The translations under genes were made by a program, and so were the position numbers. Positions 53,833 through 60,997 of a DNA stretch of 64,000 bases are shown here, piece by piece; positions within the stretch are counted from its first letter, which is position 1, and each line of letters opens with the position of its first letter. The notes under the pieces are model-generated. The model ran no database searches and was not told the origin of the DNA. It saw nothing but the letters and a program-made list of their open reading frames with translations. Origin of the DNA: Phycisphaerae bacterium (GTDB taxonomy: Bacteria > Planctomycetota > Phycisphaerae > UBA1845 > Fen-1342); assembly GCA_050115495.1 (NCBI GenBank), contig JASFQK010000018.1, positions 32,001 to 96,000 on the forward strand, in the 5' to 3' direction.

Positions 53833-56037
53833 ATGCCTCGCAGGAAGAGTCGCGGTACCCCCAGCACTGCGGGCCCGGTTCCCGCCCCGGTCAGTCGGCC
53901 TTGGGCCGCCCGGCGGTTCGTGGCCGTTCTCCTGGTGATGATGCTCGCGGCCCTTGGCCTGCGCATCGTGATACTCGTCGACTATGTGGCCCACAATCCC
54001 CTGGCAGGCACGCCGATCAACGATGCCGCGGCCTATTGGCAGTGGTCGGCTCGCGTCGCCGGCGGCAAGCTGGTTGAGGACGCGCCATTCTTCTCCGCTC
54101 CGCTGTATCCGTATCTGCTGGGGGCGTTGCGGGCGCTGGGTGGGGGGCTGATCGCGGTATACATCATCCAGATGCTCCTGGATCTGGTCACGGGTGTCGT
54201 GCTGGCCGTGACCGTTCGGGAACGCTTCACGCCTGGGACTGGCCTGGTGGCTGCTTCGCTCTACTGGCTCCTGCTCGCGCCGGCGTCCTTCTCTCTGCGC
54301 GTGCTGACTTGCTCGCTGCAGCTTCTCCTGCTGGCTTGTGCGTACCGCCAGCTTGTTCGCGTCCAGGCGCGGCCGATCTTGTCGCGGCGCATCGGGCTCG
54401 GTGCGGTCCTCGGGCTGCTGTGTCTCTCGTACCCGCCGGCGATGATGCTGACCGTGCTAGTCGTGCCGTGGCTGTTCTGGCAGTCGGGCCGCAGGCTCGC
54501 CGACGCCGGTCGGGCGCTCGTGCCGTTGGGGATGGCGGCGGTGGTGATCGCGCCGGCGACCATCCACAACTGGTACGCCAGCAGGGGGGATCTGTTCCTG
54601 ATCCAGTCCGTCACCGGCGTGAACCTGCGACAGGGTAACCAGCCGGAGTCGACGGGCGGCTTCACGCCCATTCCCGGTACCAGCCCCAACCGCGAGAACA
54701 TGTTTCCGGACCTGGCTCGCCAGTACGAGGAATCCACGGGCCAGCCGGTGCGCTGGAGCGCGATCGACCGACGCTACCGCGATGAGGTGATTCGCTTCTG
54801 GCTCGCTGATCCGCTGCGCACGGCTCGGCTCGTGGTGACCAAGCTGTATTGGTTCCTGTCGGCGAGGAACTACGGCGACATCTACCTGCCCGCCGTGGAG
54901 ATCACGGAGGGCCTCAGTCGCGGCTTGCGACTGGCTCCGCTACGCGTGGCCTGGCTCATGGGGCCGGCCCTGGTCGGATTAGTGCTGCTGCTCAGGCGGC
55001 CGATCCGGTACGGTCCCGAGTGGCTCCCCTTCCTGATCTCGCTGATCACCGTGGCCGTCTTCTGGTACAACCCGCGCTATCGCCTGCCGGCTGTGCCCGC
55101 GATCGTCATCGTCACTGCATGGCTTGTGGTGCGGGCGGCGGACTGGCGAACGCACTGGCGGCTGACCGCGGCGACGGTGCTGGCCGTGGCGGCGAGCCTG
55201 ATGCTTGGCGTGGTGAACCGCGCCGTCAGCTTCGACGTCCCGAATGCGCCGGCGCTGTCACTCCCGGTGGCCGGTGTCCTCGAGAAGCAGGGCCGGTTGG
55301 CTGAGGCGGTCGAGCAGTGGCGCAAGGCCGCCGACCTCAACCCGCAGAACCCGGACGTCCGCGAGCATCTCGGCGATGTGCTCCAGAAGTCCGGCCGGAC
55401 GGACGAGGCGCTGGCTGTGTACGAACGCGTCTGGGCGCTGTCGCCGTCACCCGGTGTGGTCGGCAAGCTCGTCCAGATCCTGGTGGCTGCGAAACGGCCG
55501 GATGATGCCGAGCGCGTCCTGGAGCAAGCGCTCGACCAGCAGCCCGATCAGGCGACGCTGCTGGCGATGCTCGCCAGATTGCGCCAGGCTCAGGGCCAGC
55601 TCGACGTGGCGGAGGAGCTCTACGGGCGAGCAGCCGCCCTGGCTCCGGACGATGTGACGGTGCGGTCGGCGTACGGCACACTCCTGATGAGCCGGCAGCG
55701 CTGGGCGCAAGCACAGGTCGAGTTCGCGGCGGTCGCGGAGCTGTCGCCGGACGATTTCGATGCGCAGAACAACCTGGGCGTGATCTGGGGTGAACTCGGC
55801 GATTTCGATCGGGCCCGCGCGTGTTTCGTGAGAGCAGCCGAAATCCGCCCGAACGATGCCGGTGCATTGTTCGCCGTCGGCGTTGTGGACATGCGAGCCG
55901 GCCGATTGGACGATGCCGAGCAGTTCTTCCGGCGGGCGCTCACCCTTCGCCCCGACGACGAGCGCTACCGCGCAGCGCTGGACCACGTGCAGCAATTGCG
56001 AAAGCAGCGAGGCACGTCAACGCAACCGACCCCGTAG
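53833..56037 (+). CDS. GT-C fold (ArnT/PMT-like) membrane glycosyltransferase with C-terminal TPRs
   Basis: INDAAAY acidic loop, PLYPYLL, about 11 TM, GVNL..GN, RYRLP; TPR array after the last TM. Confidence 0.85.
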   Translation: MPRRKSRGTPSTAGPVPAPVSRPWAARRFVAVLLVMMLAALGLRIVILVDYVAHNPLAGTPINDAAAYWQWSARVAGGKLVEDAPFFSAPLYPYLLGALRALGGGLIAVYIIQMLLDLVTGVVLAVTVRERFTPGTGLVAASLYWLLLAPASFSLRVLTCSLQLLLLACAYRQLVRVQARPILSRRIGLGAVLGLLCLSYPPAMMLTVLVVPWLFWQSGRRLADAGRALVPLGMAAVVIAPATIHNWYASRGDLFLIQSVTGVNLRQGNQPESTGGFTPIPGTSPNRENMFPDLARQYEESTGQPVRWSAIDRRYRDEVIRFWLADPLRTARLVVTKLYWFLSARNYGDIYLPAVEITEGLSRGLRLAPLRVAWLMGPALVGLVLLLRRPIRYGPEWLPFLISLITVAVFWYNPRYRLPAVPAIVIVTAWLVVRAADWRTHWRLTAATVLAVAASLMLGVVNRAVSFDVPNAPALSLPVAGVLEKQGRLAEAVEQWRKAADLNPQNPDVREHLGDVLQKSGRTDEALAVYERVWALSPSPGVVGKLVQILVAAKRPDDAERVLEQALDQQPDQATLLAMLARLRQAQGQLDVAEELYGRAAALAPDDVTVRSAYGTLLMSRQRWAQAQVEFAAVAELSPDDFDAQNNLGVIWGELGDFDRARACFVRAAEIRPNDAGALFAVGVVDMRAGRLDDAEQFFRRALTLRPDDERYRAALDHVQQLRKQRGTSTQPTP

Positions 56038-56063
56038 CGTCCCTCGGCTGCCGTGGCGCCACG

Positions 56064-56175
56064 ATCTCGAATCTGAAATCTCAGATCTCAGATCTCAGAT
56101 CCCCACGCTATGCGCCGTGCCCCGTCGATCGTCAGGGCACGTTCGCCCTCGCAAACTTCTGACTTCTGACTTCCG
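56064..56175. repeat. Two short heptamer tandem repeat tracts
   Basis: ATCTCGA ATCTGAA (ATCTCAG)x3 ATCCCCA at 56064-56105; ACTTCTG ACTTCTG ACTTCCG at 56155-56175. Confidence 0.8.
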
Positions 56176-56193
56176 TCTCCCTCTTCTCCCCCG

Positions 56194-58485
56194 TCACCGA
56201 AAGATCTTGGTGATATCCTGAATCGTCACCAGCAGGAACACCAGGACGATCGTCGCCAGGCCGACCAGCGTGGCGATCGTCTGCGTCTTGATGCTCAGCG
56301 GCTTGCCTTTGATCTTCTCGATGATGAGGAAGACCATCAGCCCGCCGTCCACGACGGGGAAGGGCAGGAAGTTGATCACGGCCAGGTTGACCGAGAGGAA
56401 GGCCAGGAAGTACAGCAGCTCGGCGTAGCCGACGCGGGCCCGTTGCACTGCCGCACTGACGATGCCGACCGGCCCGGACACGTGCTTGACCGTGTTGGAC
56501 CGGCCGCCGCCGATGCTGCGCGTGAGCGTGCGCAGCACGCCGTAGACCTCGGCGAGCACGTCGCCGGTGGCCTCGATGCCGAGCCAGGCGGCGCGGATGG
56601 GGTTATTGGTTTGGATGATCAGGTCGTGTGCTTTGAAGGGCAGGTCGGGGTTGCCGAAGACGACGCACAACTGCCACGGATTGACGTTGCTGAGGTCTTT
56701 CCGCACGTGGAAGTCCGCCTCTTCGAGCTTGAGTTCGCCGACGCTGCGCTGGTAGCGGACCTTCACCGTTTGGCCGGGGTACTTGGCCAGCATGGCGCGG
56801 ATAGCCACCCACTTCGGCAGGTCGGCGATGGTCCCGTCCGCCAGTTCCACCTCGGTTTCGTTGTTGATGGCGACGATCCGGGACATCAGCGGCAGGTGGA
56901 GCTCGTTCACCACGCTCGACGGCACGTCCAGCGACCCGGTCACCTCGACGTCGCCCGTCCGGTACGTCACCGATATGGTCCGGTCGGCGGCCGCCAGCAA
57001 AGTGCGGATCACATCGAGCCAGTCCTTCACCGGCTTACCGTCCACGGACACCAGCGTGGAGCCGCGCGGAATCTTCAAACTGGCCGCCGGCGTGTTGTCG
57101 ACGACGTCGGCCACCACCGGCGGGCGGTCTTCCGGCTTGAACGCGATGCCGGCCCGGGCGGTGGGCGTGCCCGTAAGCTGGAACGGCCGGCGCGGCGTCA
57201 CCGTCAGTTCGACGCGCTCGCCGTCCCGCAGCACGACGACCGGTATGGGCTTGCTCGCATTGGCCTCGATGCTCGCCTTGATCTCCGGGAAGCACGGCTG
57301 CAGCACCGACCCCCACTGGACGATCACGTCTTCGGGCCGCAGCCCGGCCTTCTCGCCCGGCTCACCCGGCGTGACGGCGTCCACGCACTGGCGTGGACAG
57401 AGCCCGAGCACGTGCGCGGGTTCGAGAGGGGCCGGCGAATCGGCCGAGGGCATCTGGGCCGAACCGAGACGGAAGATGACGGGCATCGTCGTGGTGTGCG
57501 TCGTTTTCTCGCCGGGGTGCGCGGGATCGGGCCGTTCGAAAGTGACCTCGACGCGGGAGAGCCCTTTCTCCACCGCCAGGTCGTTGAACGCCAGCAGCAC
57601 GTCGGCCGCACGGCTCACGGGCCGGCCGCCGACCTTGGTGATCCGGTCGCCGCCCTGGAGGCCGTACAGGTTGGTCGTGCCGGTCGTGTCCATGAGCTCG
57701 GTCGTGAGGTCCGGGCCGATCCCGGTGGCGTCGAGCGGATCGTCCTTGTTCTTGTTGGCCTGGATGTGCAGCGGCTCAGGCAGGAGCTTGCCGTCGCGGC
57801 GGGCCTCGAAATTCACCTCGCCGTTGTCGGCCAGGATCAGGGCGATGACGACATCGCGGAAGGTTTCGACCGGCTTGCCGTCGGCCGAGACGATGATGTC
57901 GCCCGATCGCAAGCCGGCCTGGGCCGCGGGGCTGTCGGCCTCGAGGACGCCGATCTGCGGCGCCATCGTCCGCTTGCCGATCATGAACACGCCCATGAAG
58001 ACGAGGATGGCGAAGAGCAGGTTGAACAGGACGCCGGCCGAGACGACGATCATGCGCCGGCCCACGGGCTTGTTGTTGAAGGCCCGTGGGTCGTCGGTCA
58101 TCTTCACTTCGCCGGTCTTGTCGTTGACCTGGATGTCGTCCTGGCCAAGCATCTTCACGTAGCCGCCGAGGGGCAGGAGCTTGAAGCAGTAATCTGTTTC
58201 GCCCCAGCCGCGCTCCTGAAGCTCGTCCAGCGAATAGGCCGGCCGGCCGCCGAGGGTGAACCCCTCGCCCGGACGCCAGCCGAACAGCCGCGGGCCGAAG
58301 CCGATGGCGAAGCGGTCGACGCGGATGCCGACCCACTTGGCCGCGAGGAAATGCCCCAGCTCATGCACGAAGATGATCAGCGAGAAGCCGATGACCACCT
58401 TGGCCACGACGTACGTTGTATCCAGCCAGGGCGGTACCTGGGCGATCAGGTTGCCGCCCCACATTGCGATCAGACCCCAATGCAT
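56194..58485 (-). CDS. rseP: Site-2 intramembrane metalloprotease with multiple PDZ domains
   Basis: HELGH, LPLGGYVKM, AGVLFN, several PDZ domains, SGPVGI, NFLPFPVVDGG; follows dxr. Confidence 0.93.
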   Translation of the reverse strand: MHWGLIAMWGGNLIAQVPPWLDTTYVVAKVVIGFSLIIFVHELGHFLAAKWVGIRVDRFAIGFGPRLFGWRPGEGFTLGGRPAYSLDELQERGWGETDYCFKLLPLGGYVKMLGQDDIQVNDKTGEVKMTDDPRAFNNKPVGRRMIVVSAGVLFNLLFAILVFMGVFMIGKRTMAPQIGVLEADSPAAQAGLRSGDIIVSADGKPVETFRDVVIALILADNGEVNFEARRDGKLLPEPLHIQANKNKDDPLDATGIGPDLTTELMDTTGTTNLYGLQGGDRITKVGGRPVSRAADVLLAFNDLAVEKGLSRVEVTFERPDPAHPGEKTTHTTTMPVIFRLGSAQMPSADSPAPLEPAHVLGLCPRQCVDAVTPGEPGEKAGLRPEDVIVQWGSVLQPCFPEIKASIEANASKPIPVVVLRDGERVELTVTPRRPFQLTGTPTARAGIAFKPEDRPPVVADVVDNTPAASLKIPRGSTLVSVDGKPVKDWLDVIRTLLAAADRTISVTYRTGDVEVTGSLDVPSSVVNELHLPLMSRIVAINNETEVELADGTIADLPKWVAIRAMLAKYPGQTVKVRYQRSVGELKLEEADFHVRKDLSNVNPWQLCVVFGNPDLPFKAHDLIIQTNNPIRAAWLGIEATGDVLAEVYGVLRTLTRSIGGGRSNTVKHVSGPVGIVSAAVQRARVGYAELLYFLAFLSVNLAVINFLPFPVVDGGLMVFLIIEKIKGKPLSIKTQTIATLVGLATIVLVFLLVTIQDITKIFR

Positions 58486-59621
58486 TCATGTACCTCTTGC
58501 CGCGCCCAGGCATCTGCGCTGAGCAGATCCGCCAGCGTCGGGCTTTTCACCACTTCATGCCGTCGCAGGGCTCGCTCGGCCAGTCGGGCGATCTGCCCGA
58601 AGGGGATCTCGCCGGCCCGGAACCGCTCCACCGCCGCCTCGTTCGCCGCATTCAGCACGGCGCCGGCACTGCCCCCCAGCTCGGCGGCATCATGTCCGAG
58701 GCGCAGGGCCGGAAATCGCTCGTAATCGGGGGGCTCGAAGCGCAAACTGCGGCCCACCTCCCAGTTCAGCGATTCGGCCAGGCCCGATACCCGCTGGGGG
58801 TACGTCAAAGCATATTGTATCGGCGTTTTCATGTCGGGCGTGCCGAGCTGGGCGATTACCGAGCCGTCACAGAATTCGACCATCGAGTGGACGACCGATT
58901 CCGGGTGCACCAGCACCTTGATCCGGTCGGGCTCCAGGCCGAACAGCCAGTGGGCCTCGATGATCTCGAGCGCCTTGTTCATCATCGTAGCGCTGTCGAT
59001 CGTGATTTTGGGCCCCATAGACCAGGTCGGATGCTGGAGGGCTTCCTGGATGGATGCAGTCTCAATCCGCTCGCGGGGCCAGGTGCGGAAGGGGCCGCCC
59101 GAGGCCGTCAGGTAGATGCAGCGGACCTCTTCGCCGCGGCCGCTTTGCAGCGACTGGAAGACTGCCGAATGCTCGCTGTCCACCGGCAGCAACTGGCTGC
59201 CGCGCTCGCGGGCCAGGGGGATGAGGATCGAGCCGGCAACGACCAGCGATTCCTTGTTGGCCAGGCCGACGTCCAGGCCGCGATCGACCGCGGCCAGCGT
59301 GGCCGGCAGTCCCGCCGCCCCGACGATCGCCGCCAGCACGAAATCAGCGTCAACCGTCCGGACCAGCTCGACCAGACCATCGGCGCCGGCGAAAACACGC
59401 GTGCCCCCCGGACAGGCCCGGCGCAGGTCGGCAGCGTGGCCTTCTTCAGCGATGGCCACCGCCGGCACCGAGAACGCCGTCGCCTGCTCGGCCAGACGTT
59501 GCCAGCCCCGGCCGGCGGCCAGACCCACGACGGCGATCTGGTCACGCAGCGCCCCGACGACATCGAGGGCCGAAGTGCCGATCGAGCCGGTCGAGCCCAG
59601 AATGATCACGCGCTTCTGCAC
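58470..59621 (-). CDS. dxr: 1-deoxy-D-xylulose 5-phosphate reductoisomerase
   Basis: LGSTGSIG, LANKES, PVDSEHSA, TASGGPF, HPTWSMGPKITIDSATMMNK, NAANE. Confidence 0.97.
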   Translation of the reverse strand: MQKRVIILGSTGSIGTSALDVVGALRDQIAVVGLAAGRGWQRLAEQATAFSVPAVAIAEEGHAADLRRACPGGTRVFAGADGLVELVRTVDADFVLAAIVGAAGLPATLAAVDRGLDVGLANKESLVVAGSILIPLARERGSQLLPVDSEHSAVFQSLQSGRGEEVRCIYLTASGGPFRTWPRERIETASIQEALQHPTWSMGPKITIDSATMMNKALEIIEAHWLFGLEPDRIKVLVHPESVVHSMVEFCDGSVIAQLGTPDMKTPIQYALTYPQRVSGLAESLNWEVGRSLRFEPPDYERFPALRLGHDAAELGGSAGAVLNAANEAAVERFRAGEIPFGQIARLAERALRRHEVVKSPTLADLLSADAWARQEVHECIGV

Positions 59622-59704
59622 GCGGGTAGTATAATCGCCCCTTGGGCCACGTCTGCCCCGGCGTGGCCTTTTGCGTCCGCATCGTGCCGCCCCGACCGAC
59701 CGCC

Positions 59705-60997
59705 CTAATTCTCCAGCAGCAGCTTCACGAAGGGGGTGATGTCGAAGTTGTTCACGACGCCGTCCTTGTTGATGTCCGCAAACGTGTGCGGGCAGTCCGG
59801 GTGGGCGGACGTATAGGCGGCCGGGTTCGTCAGCGCCAGCAGGAACGGGGCGATGTCGAAGTTGTCGATCGTCCCGTTACAGTCCACGTCGCCGCGCGGC
59901 GAGCGGATGCCGTGCTTCGCGGCACAGGTCAGGGCGTTGTCGCAGAGCAGGAAGTCCAGCGCATCGATGTTGTCCGCCTCGTGACCCAGCCCAAGCTCGG
60001 CCGCCGACACCAGCACGCGCGGCGACTGTCCCGGCATGACAATGAACACGTCGGCTGCGGAACCCGTGTTGCTGGTTCCGGGGATCGACGTCAGCGACGG
60101 TGAGCCCGGCGCCAGCGAGAACAGCACCACGTCCGTCCCGTCAAAATCGTGGTTCTGGTTGCCGTCGAACACGATCAGGGCGTCGATGTCGTCCTCGCGG
60201 AGCAGGCCGAGCTCCTCGTGCGAGGCATACAGCGCGATCGGCAGATCCGCCTGCGGGTTCGGGTCAAAGCAGATGTCCGCCCCGCTGGGCTGGCCGAAGC
60301 TGGGGAGCGTGCGCAGCGACGGCGAACTCGTCGTGATCGAGTAGCAGACGTTGATCACGCCGTCGTCGCTACGGTCGAGGTAGGCCATGCCGTTGACAGT
60401 GTCCACCGGTTCGCCCACGGTGTTCTCGTAGCTCGAGCAGGGGGGCTGGCCGCCGAAGTCCGTACCGCCTTCGTCGAAGTTGGCCCGCGTCAGCAGCGTG
60501 TTGGCCGGCCCCTCGGCTACGCCGAAGTTGAGGGTGATCAGCCGCGTGGACATGAACTGGTCCCCCGCAGCGTGCCCCCGCGCCGCCTGATCGGCCACGT
60601 TATAGGGCACGTTCATCGCCGCGAGGTTGCCGTCCGGCGGAGCTACGCCGACCGTGTTCTCGTCCACCGATAGCAGCAGGACGAACGACCGTTGGACGCC
60701 GATGGCCGGGTACGGGGTCGAGAGCGCGTCGAGGTCGTCCTCGGGGCTCCATAGCCCCAGGTCGGCCCGCGCGACGAGCACCACCGGATTCGGGAAATCC
60801 AGCGTCAGAACGTCGCCTGAGTCGCAGACGCCTTCTCCCACCGCCCAGGACCCGTAGTTGAATGAATAGTCCGGGATGGGCAGCGGCTCCATCGGTTCGC
60901 TCGCCCGGGCCAGCCAGCCAGCGGTCAGCGCCAGAACCAGCGCGATCGCCAGTCGACCTCCGGACCCCGCAATACGTTCATATGTGACCTTCATCAT
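59705..60997 (-). CDS. Secreted protein with three LGL...D.IDAL repeats and a dockerin-like tail
   Basis: Signal peptide; LGLWSPEDDLDAL, LGLLREDDIDAL, LGLGHEADNIDAL; GDVDCNG/ADINKDG loops; RBS GGAGGAGG. Confidence 0.85.
   Translation of the reverse strand: MMKVTYERIAGSGGRLAIALVLALTAGWLARASEPMEPLPIPDYSFNYGSWAVGEGVCDSGDVLTLDFPNPVVLVARADLGLWSPEDDLDALSTPYPAIGVQRSFVLLLSVDENTVGVAPPDGNLAAMNVPYNVADQAARGHAAGDQFMSTRLITLNFGVAEGPANTLLTRANFDEGGTDFGGQPPCSSYENTVGEPVDTVNGMAYLDRSDDGVINVCYSITTSSPSLRTLPSFGQPSGADICFDPNPQADLPIALYASHEELGLLREDDIDALIVFDGNQNHDFDGTDVVLFSLAPGSPSLTSIPGTSNTGSAADVFIVMPGQSPRVLVSAAELGLGHEADNIDALDFLLCDNALTCAAKHGIRSPRGDVDCNGTIDNFDIAPFLLALTNPAAYTSAHPDCPHTFADINKDGVVNNFDITPFVKLLLEN

Noticed and set aside
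56064..56175. CRISPR array
   Set aside because: 7-bp units without spacers; no cas genes
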